Position numbers and translations under genes: made by a program. The notes under the pieces were generated by a model. It searched no databases. It was not told the DNA's origin and saw only the letters and a list, made by a program, of their open reading frames with translations. A stretch of 64,000 nt of DNA from Candidatus Sumerlaeales bacterium (GTDB taxonomy: Bacteria > Sumerlaeota > Sumerlaeia > Sumerlaeales > Sumerlaeaceae), in assembly GCA_038243585.1 (NCBI GenBank), contig JBBSQY010000003.1, positions 32,001 through 96,000 on the forward strand. Reading direction: 5' to 3'. Every line of letters starts with the position of its first letter. The first letter of the stretch is position 1. Positions 49,994 through 60,500 of this stretch are shown piece after piece.

Positions 49994-51938
49994 CTGCGTC
50001 AGAGTAACTTTGCAGCGGTTCCTTCTTTTCTTTGCGATGGGATTATGTACCAGCCTGTGCCTCGCTCAGCGTAACAGCACTGTTTCGGCGTCGGTTCAAC
50101 CGGCGCAGGTTTCCGTCGGCGATTCGATTATATACGAAGTATCGGTTAATCTTACGGGATCGGGACAACCGTCAGTTGCCGTGCCCGCGATCAGCCCTGA
50201 TACTGGCTTGTCGAATCCCACACCCGCGGGTCAGCAAACAAGTCTTGAAAGTTATATCGTCAATGGGGACTTCCGCAGTGTACAGCGGATCACATACGCA
50301 TACAGCATTCGTACGAGCAAAGAGGGTACCTTTACTATCCCGCCATCCACGGTTACTATCAACGGGAAAACTGTTGAGACGCAACCGGTTGAGGTCGAAG
50401 TCCGGAGCGTGCCGAAGGCTACCAATGTTCCATCGGAACTCGAGGGACTGGTTGTTGCGCCGAATGTGTCAGGCAACCCGGAACTCCAGCGAAAACTGAC
50501 GGGGGTTATTTTCATTCTGCCTGTTCTGTCTAATAACGACCCCTATAATGGCGAGCAGGTTCGAATATCTTACCATCTTGTTATTGAGCCGAAGGCACTG
50601 GAAGACGCTGGCTTATTACCACACACGAATCTGGATGGGGTAAAAGTTCCCCCCATGAACGAGTTTATCACCGAAGAGCTTTACCCGTTTCCGCAGGACC
50701 TCAAGTTTCAGGAACGCAAAATTGGCGGCAAAATCTATCTCGTGGCACCGGTCTATGAAGCGGTTATCTCATCCACTAAAGCAGGAAAGCTACAAATTGA
50801 ACCTTTCCAGGTGAGCATGATTTTTTCCATGCGAAGCCGGGGCAGACAGGCGTCGTCTCCTTTTGGAAACGATCCGTTTTTTTCATCTATCAACCCTCTA
50901 TCCGTCATGGGTGGAAATTCCATTCAAGTAATTGCACAATCGCCACTTTTAAGTCTGAACGTAAAAGCGGTTCCCGAGATCGACCGTCCTGCCAATTTTG
51001 CCGGGGCAGTGGGCACTTTCAAAGTTTCCGCCGAAGTGGATAAAAAAACGGCTAAAGCCTTTGACGAGACAATCGCGCTGGATGTGACAGTCGAAGGAGT
51101 TGGAAACACCGATTCTCTGTCCCCACCGACCTTGCCCTCAATGCCCGGATTTACTGTGCTTGGCGAACCTGAACAACAAACTACAGGCCATAAGGTTGAA
51201 GACGAATACGTGTCCGTTAAGAAATTTTCTTACACGCTTAGGCCGACGGTTTCCGGCGCACAAACAATTCCTCCGGTTGAGATGAGTTACTTCGAACCCA
51301 AAACCGAAACCTTTATAAAGACAGGGAGCGAAGCAATTCCATTAAGCATCTCGCCGGGAACGCGACCAGCACCGGCGCCGACTCCTCAATCTGTAGAAGA
51401 CGAGCCGGAAAAAGCGCCGCCGGCTGAGCTCGACCTGCGCTACATTTCTACTGAACGCCTTTCCGATCCCAACTCCGGCCTAAATCGTTTCGCAGGTTTT
51501 CCGGGAATGGTAACATTTTTGCTACCCCCATTTTTTCTGGCTGCTGCCGGAATGGTCGCATGGCGACAAAAGCAATCCCAGCATAAGTTATCTGATCCGA
51601 TAAAGCTCGCGCGAGTGTCATCAGCACAGCACCTTAAAGACGCGCAGGTTGCTTTAGATGCCGGGAAAAATCAGGAAATGGCTTCTGAACTCGCCGAGGG
51701 AATGCGGCTCCATTTTGCTTCTCGATTCCGAATTACAGGCGCAGAGGCAACCATTCCTGCACTGGAAGAACATCTCACACGCAGCGGTGCGCCCTCCGAA
51801 CTGACCGCTGCTATGACCAGAGTTCTGGAAGTTTGCGACAGCGCTCAGTATGCTCCGTCTTCGTTAAGCAAGGCTGACGGGCGAGAACTTTACACAGAAG
51901 CAATGCGTGTTCTTAAAGAGTCGGAGACTTTCATTTGA
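49983..51938 (+). CDS. batD: BatD family protein
   Basis: Signal peptide, three Ig-like modules (EGTFTIPP; PYNGEQV; FAGAVGTF..VEGVGN), TM, C-terminal AQYAP. Confidence 0.88.
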   Translation: MTGSCVRVTLQRFLLFFAMGLCTSLCLAQRNSTVSASVQPAQVSVGDSIIYEVSVNLTGSGQPSVAVPAISPDTGLSNPTPAGQQTSLESYIVNGDFRSVQRITYAYSIRTSKEGTFTIPPSTVTINGKTVETQPVEVEVRSVPKATNVPSELEGLVVAPNVSGNPELQRKLTGVIFILPVLSNNDPYNGEQVRISYHLVIEPKALEDAGLLPHTNLDGVKVPPMNEFITEELYPFPQDLKFQERKIGGKIYLVAPVYEAVISSTKAGKLQIEPFQVSMIFSMRSRGRQASSPFGNDPFFSSINPLSVMGGNSIQVIAQSPLLSLNVKAVPEIDRPANFAGAVGTFKVSAEVDKKTAKAFDETIALDVTVEGVGNTDSLSPPTLPSMPGFTVLGEPEQQTTGHKVEDEYVSVKKFSYTLRPTVSGAQTIPPVEMSYFEPKTETFIKTGSEAIPLSISPGTRPAPAPTPQSVEDEPEKAPPAELDLRYISTERLSDPNSGLNRFAGFPGMVTFLLPPFFLAAAGMVAWRQKQSQHKLSDPIKLARVSSAQHLKDAQVALDAGKNQEMASELAEGMRLHFASRFRITGAEATIPALEEHLTRSGAPSELTAAMTRVLEVCDSAQYAPSSLSKADGRELYTEAMRVLKESETFI

Positions 51939-52735
51939 AAAGCATGAGCGCATTGCTGAAAATCCTGGTAGTCACCATGGCTTTTTGTGTTTTCCCAACG
52001 CACGGTCGGGCTGCAACCACTATGACTTTACAAACTGCCAATGATCTGTTTGCCGCGGGCAACGCCTTCTATCGGGGTCAGAATTTTGAAGCTGCCCGAG
52101 AAGCTTATCAACAATTGCTTAACGCAGGGTATGACACTGCGCCTGTCCTTTATAATCTTGGAACCGCGGAAGCGCGGATGGGTAGCGCCACCCAGGCGCT
52201 CGCACACCTGGCAAGAGCTGAAAAACAGCGTCCGCGTGATGGTAACATACAGGCTAATATTGCTTTCGTAAAAAAAGCACCAGTGCAGTCCCTTAATACA
52301 ACCGCTAATGAATTGGTGGTCAGGGAGTCGATCTGGAGCCGAATCTATGGGTTCTTGACGGCAAGAGAATGGTTGGCGCTGCTGTGGATGGGGCTTATGG
52401 CTGCTTGTACTGGTGGAGTTTTACTGTTCTTCGCGCGCAACGCCCGATTGCACTCGATCGCGCACGGCTTAGTATTGGGTGGAGCAGGATTTATGGCCCT
52501 CGTTACTATCCCAGCCGCTACTCAATATTATCAATCACGTGTAGTCCAAAGTGCCATCGTAGTTTCGCCAGCGGAGTTATTAAGCGGCCCGGCACAACGG
52601 TTTACCCGCATAGCGAATCTTACTCAGGGCCAGATCGTCCGTAACCTTAAGGGTTCTGAAAAAGATTACCTGCATGTAAAACTGGACAATGGTCTTCACG
52701 GTTACGTGAAAAGTGATGCATTGCTCGAGATGTAA
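51935..52735 (+). CDS. batE: BatE-like TPR + TM + SH3b protein
   Basis: GNAFYRGQNF, LYNLG, PRDGNIQANI, two TMs, SGP..G..V..HVKLDNGLHGYVK. Confidence 0.85.
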   Translation: MKSMSALLKILVVTMAFCVFPTHGRAATTMTLQTANDLFAAGNAFYRGQNFEAAREAYQQLLNAGYDTAPVLYNLGTAEARMGSATQALAHLARAEKQRPRDGNIQANIAFVKKAPVQSLNTTANELVVRESIWSRIYGFLTAREWLALLWMGLMAACTGGVLLFFARNARLHSIAHGLVLGGAGFMALVTIPAATQYYQSRVVQSAIVVSPAELLSGPAQRFTRIANLTQGQIVRNLKGSEKDYLHVKLDNGLHGYVKSDALLEM

Positions 52736-52791
52736 ACCGGGGCTGTCGTTGACGGACAAACGTCTGGCCTCGTCAATCGTCAATTTTAAAA

Positions 52792-54369
52792 TTACCTTGC
52801 CGGTGGTGCAGTCGCGGGACGGTTACTTCTACCTGAAAACCATCTGATTACAAGTCCAATTAACCCCATGGCAACGAGGGACAACCCTAGAAAACTGCCC
52901 CATATACCAGCTTTCCCCAGCAATGGCGCCAAGGGAGTATCGAGTCCCTGCAGGATCATATAAATTGTATACCCCAGCATAGGCAGCCAGGAAAGGGGCA
53001 TGATAATGATTCCCATAATCAGCAGGGTTGCGGAACTATTGGACTTTTTCGACTTTATGGCCGTGATCCCATCGTTTTTAACTGCGCTACTTGAAGCGGC
53101 CGTTTGTGCAGTCGGGTTGGAATCTGCGCCGGATGATTGTTCTTCCACATTATCTGCGCTGGTGTCAGGGGGCAAAGGAGTGCGACGCAAGGCGCTGATT
53201 TGCGGCAATCCAGACGTGGCAACAAAAGCGTAGCCGCAGGTAGGACATTTTACGCGGCTGTCTTTATTCCCGTCGTAAAGCGATATGGGCGTGCCATCAA
53301 AGGGACACTGCACATTATCCATGGCGTGTCCGGAGTGTTCAACATTAACGAGTTCGCGGGCAGCAAGATCCGATAATCCAGTAGTCAGAACTCGCAGGCG
53401 TTCAATGATGTGATCCTGTTGAACCAGCAGCATGTCGGCGTAGCGCTGCAGGTCCATGCGCCGACGCAACTGGTTCAGATACAGCAGGCAAGGATCATAG
53501 GTATCCTGCTCGCGCGCATTGAGGCGCTCCATGCCCTCTTTACAGGTCAGATGATAGCGTTCCATCTCCAGATGGAGCGGTTCGAGCACAGTGGCAGTAA
53601 ACGCCCGTTGAATCTGATCAAACCGGGCCAGAGCCAGATGGTTATCCTCAACCGCGTCCATAAGTGGCCGGTGGGATGCCGACGCAGTAAGCACGTTGCG
53701 CAGAGCCTGACTAAAAACGGAATCGCGATATGAATCCCAGCCACGCAAAAGAATTTGGGCCTGAGTGTTCATGCCAGAAGTGTGCTGGTTCCAGTCTAAT
53801 CCTCGCATAGAGCACACGAGGCGGTGGGTGAAAGCCAGGTAATCCGGTGAAAGGGGCTGATTCTCAATGGTCAGCGGAACATTTGTGGGCAGAGGAACAT
53901 GGCCTGTAGCCGGTGAGTTAAGGACAAGCTTTCCCATTCCTAGAAAAACAGCGGTTACATCCGCCATGCTGCCGGCGGTCCGGTCCGGCTCTACGCTGCC
54001 GCCCGCGATGTTGCTGATTATAAGATAGGTGCGCGCGATCTGGCGGGTTATGAATGCCAGTGCAGTGGTCGGGGTGGCCAATGCAGAAACGGGTACTTCC
54101 ATTGCAAAATGTTCGTTGCCCGGATCCGTACGCACGAGACGTGGTGGCTGGCCGTCATTGATGATCGTAAGGTCGAACATGGCATTACGAAGCCCGATCC
54201 AATCGCCCAGAACACGAGAAACCACCTGAAGTGCGGGTAGTTCTGTGGACGTCAGAGGCGGAGGATCCAGAATCCGATAATGAGCGCGTACCCCCGCGGC
54301 TTTTTCCAGCGTAGCAAGAAGCTCCAGGATATGTCGCGCCACTGGATCGGCGGCTAAACGGCTATCCAA
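52792..54369 (-). CDS. Hypothetical: metallopeptidase-like N-domain lacking HExxH, coiled coil, zinc ribbon, two C-terminal TM helices
   Basis: ADVTAVFLGMGKLVLN helix, CPFDG..CPTCG, hydrophobic C-terminus; TTG start uncertain. Confidence 0.65.
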   Translation of the reverse strand: MDSRLAADPVARHILELLATLEKAAGVRAHYRILDPPPLTSTELPALQVVSRVLGDWIGLRNAMFDLTIINDGQPPRLVRTDPGNEHFAMEVPVSALATPTTALAFITRQIARTYLIISNIAGGSVEPDRTAGSMADVTAVFLGMGKLVLNSPATGHVPLPTNVPLTIENQPLSPDYLAFTHRLVCSMRGLDWNQHTSGMNTQAQILLRGWDSYRDSVFSQALRNVLTASASHRPLMDAVEDNHLALARFDQIQRAFTATVLEPLHLEMERYHLTCKEGMERLNAREQDTYDPCLLYLNQLRRRMDLQRYADMLLVQQDHIIERLRVLTTGLSDLAARELVNVEHSGHAMDNVQCPFDGTPISLYDGNKDSRVKCPTCGYAFVATSGLPQISALRRTPLPPDTSADNVEEQSSGADSNPTAQTAASSSAVKNDGITAIKSKKSNSSATLLIMGIIIMPLSWLPMLGYTIYMILQGLDTPLAPLLGKAGIWGSFLGLSLVAMGLIGLVIRWFSGRSNRPATAPPAR

Positions 54370-54923
54370 TTGATAAACCTGTGCTGAAGGACTGATTTTG
54401 TGCCCAGATACGGCAACAGAATGATATTTTACAAATATGCGTCAAATTTATAACGTCCAGTCTCTCAACTCCTCCAGCGCGGGCCACTGCTGATGTGCAC
54501 ATGAAATCACCCTGAGTCAATTAACTCGAGTTATGACACTCAAACAACTGTAAGAGATTCTTCAATACGCCATTCAGCTTAAAAAAATCTGCGAGTCACG
54601 AATCTCACCACACTGTCAACAATCCGTTTTAGGTAGCCGCTAGGTGTTGCGCTCTGAGCAATATTGAACACATTAAGGTAATTTTGCTGATCCGCCGACA
54701 TGTCCGTCATAGGGGATTCTTTGTGGAAAGCGCTTTATTTCTCGCATTTGCTTCGTTTCTAAAGCGGTCAATTCCGTGCTTGACCAAGCGGCACCGACCG
54801 GTTCAGTTATAAACTTCGAATCCGGATTTTGCAGGTCGCACGTGCTTCCTGTAAGAATCTCCCGTGGAAGGGGATAGCGGCTAAGGCCGTTTTCTCCAAA
54901 GTTGACTGTTGAGGGTTCACACG

Positions 54924-57572
54924 ATGATTGATGTTCAAGGTGGGCGCAAGCGCGAGCCAGTCGCCGCTACTGATGAATTGGTAAGTGAAGCGGTCGCCAT
55001 TGGCGTCGTGCTGTTGGCGGTGCTGATGACGTTGGCGTTAATTACCGAAGACGCCGGCAGCAACTTGGTCGGACGCGCTGGGTCCGTTGTCAGCGGTGGA
55101 CTCACGTTCGCCGTCGGACGGTACGTCGCTTTCGTAGTACCGTTGCTGGTGCTCGCAACAGGCGTGCTGGTGTGGCGCGGAAGCGGACTTCATCGCGCAG
55201 GGCTCAGGATTATCGGGCTCTATGGCACAATGGTAAGCGTCTGTGCCTTGTTAGCGATTCCCTATGCCCAAAGTAATTTTAATGGAGACGACGGGTTTAG
55301 ATCAGGTGGGGCTCTCGGTAATTTCCTGGTACATTCTCAATGCCTGAACCTGGCTGGGTTGCTTGGGACAGCGGGAGCGTATCTGCTGTTTTCCGCGCTG
55401 CTGGTGGTCAGCCTTAGCACTGCCACCGATGTGCGGGTACGGGACACCATCATCGCTATTTCCGACTGGATACGTGGCAGCGGGTGGCGAAAATTTGTTT
55501 CTCCACTAGCGGCATGGGGCGCCCAGTTTACTTCCAGATTAGAGCAAAAGGATAATCTTGACGTAGAGCAACCGTTAGCTGTTAGATTTACTCCACAGGA
55601 TGTGCAACCCGAAACCTACGGACGCAGCAGCAGGCTCGCGGCAGGACTCGACGCTGCTCCCGCTTTGGCCCAAGCACCGGCAACTGCTGCAACTACTGCA
55701 ACTACTGCAACTGCTCACGTCGCGCAGACGAATTACATTCCTGCATTTGCTCCGTCAACACCCACACCTGCTGTTCCTGTGGCCAGTGTCCCGGTGCAGG
55801 GATGTCCCGGTTTGTCACTCGTTTCCGATGACGAAGACAATGATTTGGTAAGCATGGCGGAGGCCGGTCCAGGAATCCAGAGTGAGCTTGCGCTGATAAA
55901 ACCTTATCAGACACCACACTACACGATTCTGAACGCTCCTCCGACCGTTGTAAACGCCATGACCAATGAAGAGGTGGCGGAGATTTGCGAACGCCTGGAG
56001 AAAACCCTTGGTGAGTTTAACATCGTCGCCAGCGTGGTACAGGTAACGCAGGGACCTACCGTCACTCGTTATGAAATGCAGCCGGCTGCCGGGGTGAAGG
56101 TGGCGAAAATAGCGTCCCTTGAAAACGACATAGCCATGTGCATGAAAGCGGAAAGCGTTCGCATCATCGCGCCAATCCCCGGAAAGGGAACCGTTGGTCT
56201 GGAAATACCGAACAAGAAATCAAAGCCGGTTTTCCTACGGGAAATGCTTGAGACGGACGTATTCCGAAATCACCCGTCCCCTTTGGCTTTTGCCCTGGGC
56301 ATGACCATTGGTGGTGAGCCCTTCATTAGTGATTTGGCCACCATGCCCCACGTGCTTATCGCCGGTCGTACCGGCTCCGGTAAATCCGTTTGCCTGAACG
56401 CTATTATCTGCTCTATTCTTTTTCGCATGACCCCTGACAAGGTTAAATTCCTGATGGTGGATCCTAAGCGTGTGGAACTCAACGTCTATCAGGCGATTCC
56501 TCACCTGCTGGCGCCGGTGGTATGTGAGCCACGCAAGGCGGCGGCAGCGCTGACCTGGGCCGTGGAGCAGATGGACGAGCGCTATAAAAAATTGGCGGCA
56601 GTTGGCGTTAGGAATATTGACGGTTTTAACGCTATCGCTCAAAGCGATAAGCCGCACCCCAAGGCAATGGGGCGTCAACTCGCGTATATGCCCCATATCG
56701 TGATAGTAATCGACGAATTGGCAGACTTGATGCTGATCGCTCGCAATGAAGTGGAAGACAATATCATCCGCCTCGCGCAAATGAGTCGTGCGGTTGGAAT
56801 GCATCTGATCCTGGCGACGCAGCGCCCATCGGTCAACGTTATCACTGGTATTATTAAAGCCAACTTTCCAAGCCGTGTGGCATTTCAGGTATCAAGCAAG
56901 GTGGACAGTCGCACGATTCTGGACGCCATGGGCGCAGAGGCTCTTTTGGGTCGGGGTGATATGTTGTTCAGTCCCGGCGGCAGCCCAAAGCCAATTCGGC
57001 TCCAGGGATGCTACCTGAGCGACGACGAAGTGGAAGCAACCGCGGACTGGGTGAGGAGCCAAGCTAAGGCACAGTATGAGATGCAAGACTTCCTGACCAA
57101 GAAGGAACAGGACGAATTGCGGATGGCGTCCAGCAACACAATGGGTAAAGATATGCTCAGCATGGACGGCATAGACGCAGACGAATCAACAGTGGCTATG
57201 CCTGAAGACGGCGACGATTATGATTTCACTTATCAGCAGCAACGGCGTGACGGCCGTTCTGTTGCCGAGGTGATGAACAGAGGCACATCCCCCTCGGCGC
57301 CCGTTCGTACGCATAATACCGATGAAAGCGACGCCATTGACGAGGAGTTGTTCAGTCAGGCCACAAGACTCATCCTAACACATCGTAAGGCGAGTGTTAG
57401 CCTGCTTCAGCGAAAACTAAAGATTGGCTTCGCCCGCGCAGGTCGCGTAATGGATATGCTGGAAGAACGGGAAATTGTCGGACCAAACGTAGGCAGCAAA
57501 GTTAGGGACATCCTGGTTGATCCGGATGAGTTTATGGCTGAAATGGATGAAGGCGACGATATGCGGTTCTAA
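54924..57572 (+). CDS. ftsK: DNA translocase FtsK/SpoIIIE
   Basis: N-terminal TMs, GPTVTRYE, IAGRTGSGKS, VDPKRVEL, IDELADLM, LATQRPS, GAEALLGRGDML, gamma domain (SVSLLQRKLKIGFARAGR); GAGG upstream of ATG 54924. Confidence 0.97.
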   Translation: MIDVQGGRKREPVAATDELVSEAVAIGVVLLAVLMTLALITEDAGSNLVGRAGSVVSGGLTFAVGRYVAFVVPLLVLATGVLVWRGSGLHRAGLRIIGLYGTMVSVCALLAIPYAQSNFNGDDGFRSGGALGNFLVHSQCLNLAGLLGTAGAYLLFSALLVVSLSTATDVRVRDTIIAISDWIRGSGWRKFVSPLAAWGAQFTSRLEQKDNLDVEQPLAVRFTPQDVQPETYGRSSRLAAGLDAAPALAQAPATAATTATTATAHVAQTNYIPAFAPSTPTPAVPVASVPVQGCPGLSLVSDDEDNDLVSMAEAGPGIQSELALIKPYQTPHYTILNAPPTVVNAMTNEEVAEICERLEKTLGEFNIVASVVQVTQGPTVTRYEMQPAAGVKVAKIASLENDIAMCMKAESVRIIAPIPGKGTVGLEIPNKKSKPVFLREMLETDVFRNHPSPLAFALGMTIGGEPFISDLATMPHVLIAGRTGSGKSVCLNAIICSILFRMTPDKVKFLMVDPKRVELNVYQAIPHLLAPVVCEPRKAAAALTWAVEQMDERYKKLAAVGVRNIDGFNAIAQSDKPHPKAMGRQLAYMPHIVIVIDELADLMLIARNEVEDNIIRLAQMSRAVGMHLILATQRPSVNVITGIIKANFPSRVAFQVSSKVDSRTILDAMGAEALLGRGDMLFSPGGSPKPIRLQGCYLSDDEVEATADWVRSQAKAQYEMQDFLTKKEQDELRMASSNTMGKDMLSMDGIDADESTVAMPEDGDDYDFTYQQQRRDGRSVAEVMNRGTSPSAPVRTHNTDESDAIDEELFSQATRLILTHRKASVSLLQRKLKIGFARAGRVMDMLEEREIVGPNVGSKVRDILVDPDEFMAEMDEGDDMRF
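55680..55715 (+). repeat. 4 x 9-bp tandem repeat GCAACT(G/A)CT in the FtsK linker
   Basis: gcaactgct gcaactact gcaactact gcaactgct, encoding ATAATTATTATA. Confidence 0.9.
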
Positions 57573-57587
57573 CTCGCCGCGCCCAGA

Positions 57588-60500
57588 CTACTGGCCGAGT
57601 TTTTTTGAGTCGCTGGGGTCCAGCGCCGCTTCACGACACGCTACCAACAGGTCCATCAGGGCTACCCGTTTGTTCACCGAGCGGCTGGCTTTTAGCACAT
57701 GGTCATCCTCTGTCGGTTTGTTTGCCTTGGAGTTTATGTTCTCAGCGGCATTCACCGACTCAAGGCCGCCGCGTGCGTCGTTATTAAACGGATCGATTAA
57801 TCGCACCTGCTCATAGGCGAGGCGGGCGCGGAGCATTTCACCGCTCAGCAGCAGTTTCTCGGCCATGAGAAGATAGTCAGGAATAGCTTCGGCTTCTGGC
57901 GCGATCAGACTAATACAGTCGATACACTTCTGAATTAGCTCTGGTTGGTCGTCATGAAGACTGCGGGCTGTGCGGAAGGAGTCCAAAGCATTATCAATAT
58001 CGCCCGCGTCAAACTGGCGGTTTCCCAGTCGTACATAATGAACGTATTGTAACGACGGATCATAGGAGTCGCGGCGAATGGCATCGCGAACATCATCCAC
58101 TGTTTCCGGCTCACATTGGTCTACGATGCGGTAGGCATTTTCGGCTTCTAACATCTCGCCGCGATTGAGATGAACCTCCGCCAGAATCCGGGCCTGACGA
58201 GCAGCCTCCATAGTGTCTCCTGAATTCAAAAGGAGCTCCACCAGGCGCTGACGGACAGCCGTATTATTTTCATCCTGGGTCAAAATTCGACGATAGGTGT
58301 CTATGCCTTTAACCGCGGCCGTACTAGCTAGGATGGCCGTGGCTCTGGAATAGCTTACGCGGGCGTCCTCGTGCATGCCGGCGGCTTCTTGGGAAGCCGC
58401 CAGGGCGAGACATAGATCGGCGTCTCGCGGTGAAATGGTCAGAGCCGCGTTCAACACTTCCACAGCGGCGGAGGGTTCATGGCGGTCCATGTACAGGTTC
58501 GCAAGTGTGCGCATTTCCGATAATGCCCTGTTCCGACTTCCCCGGCTAAGAAGGAATGTCGCATACCGCGACCGCGCCGCGGTGTTATCCGGAGCCATTC
58601 CCAGGATCTGCTCGTAAGTTTGAAGAGCCCCCTCAAAATCGCCCCGCCGCTCAAGAGCGTCTGCCAGTTTTCCGTATTCCTGAGGCATATTTTTTTCTGG
58701 AGATTCAACTTGCGACAGCAGCTCCACGTACCGCGTGAGTATCGCTGGATCATCGGGAACAATGGACGCAAGTTTACGATAGGCTTCAAGGCCTTCCAAA
58801 TCCCGGTTCGCTTTTTCGTAAATGTCAACAAGCTCCCGCAGCACATCAGCCTGCTGATCCCGGTTTCCTGTTTTTTCATACAACTCAGCCAGTTGCTCGC
58901 GCACTTCCGGACTATCCGGTTGTTGGCGGGAAAGACGATCCAGCGTTGCGGTCGCTTCCGAAAACTCGCCACTATCCAGAAGCGACGGGATAAGGCCAAG
59001 CCAAGCGTCAAATGCCTCTTGCTGCATCCCCGCCTCTTCACAAGCTTGGGCCAGAGTTTTGCGCGCTTCCGCCCAAGCAGGACGAAACTTTACAGCTTTG
59101 TTCAGGAGTTCAATGCGGCGCTCCGTGTCTTTTGCGCCCAGCGCAGCATCTGCGGCGGCCCGATAATATCTGGCTGCCAGGTCCGGGTAGGAACTGGCCG
59201 CCAGCATATCTGCTATGCGCTCTCTGCATGGGATATTTTCCGGGTACTGCTCAACCAGGGCTTCGGCCTGATCACGGGCTTCTTCCAGCTCAGCGCGTTC
59301 CAGCAGGATACGAACGATATGCAGATGCTGCTCAATAGCTTCCTCTGGCCTATGCGCATTGTTAAGGCTGCGAGCAAGGTCGCGGTGCAAGGCAATCTGT
59401 CCGGGCGCCAGATCAACCAGTTCATACAGGACAGAAATAGCTTCTTCCTGTCGTCCCTGCTTTTCATGTTCTTCCGCTTCCCGGCGCAAGCGAAGTTGTA
59501 ATTCTTCCAGGCGACCCATCTGGCGGATCATGTCATAATGAGCCTGTTTCAATTGCTGATTGGATGGCACCCAATTTGTGCCCTCGGCCAGCAGACTCTC
59601 GGCCAGTTCCGAATTTCCCGCTTTATTTTCGTGATCGGCAAGCCAAATATACTCTTCGGCTCCCTTATCATGATTTTCCGTCTTGCGGTAAAATTCTAGC
59701 GCCGTCTGATGGACATGACGGTCCTCCGGTAGGGCTTGTACCAATTTTGCCAGCAATGGCGCAACTCGCTGTGCTTCGGTTGAGGTGGCCTTATCCATTA
59801 CATGGAAAACGCTCATACGGGCAGTTTCCATGTCCCCGATGCTGATCGCCAGCTCTCCCAGATGTCTCCATGCCTGGACTGTTCCAGGGCTTATTTGTGT
59901 TACGCGGCGGTAGCACGTGAAAGCATAAGCCGTTTCGCCGGCCCCTTCATACAATTCCGCCGCTCGCATCCATTCAGCGACAGCTTCCGAAACCCGGTTC
60001 AGGCTTAACAGGGATTCTCCCAAGTCGTTATGGGCGGCGGCATCGGAATTGTCATAATTCAAAATAGTTACTGCAGCCAGGCGAATCCGTTCCGGATCTT
60101 CGGTTTCCCGTGCGACCGCCAGCAGCTGACGAGCGTAAAGGAGGCCTTTTTCAGAATTCCCTGCTCCCGCGCAGCAATCCAGCAATTTTGAAAGCAGGGC
60201 AGTGTCTCTGGGTGACCGCTCAAGTAGACGCTCATATTGACGAAGGGCGCTGGTGTGATCTCCCAGTTTCTGAAACTTTGTTGCAAGGGCGCGAGTGGTT
60301 GTAGTGAAAACTTCAACGTCGTTTGATTTGCCAGATAGCGACGCAAGCTGTTCCAGTATTTCCAGGTTATCGGGATCAAGTTGAAGGTATGATTGAAGTA
60401 GACGACAGGCCTCACCCACGTTTCGTCGAGAAGCCTTCACATCGGCCAGTTTCCCAGTGAGTTTCCCCATGGCCTCAAGATCACCATTATCCCGAGCATC

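Noticed and set aside
2856..59501. Long antisense ORFs such as 2856-3719, 6879-7631, 36047-36691, 41309-42145 and 58620-59501
   Set aside because: They lie wholly or almost wholly opposite well-supported genes and show no recognisable motifs.
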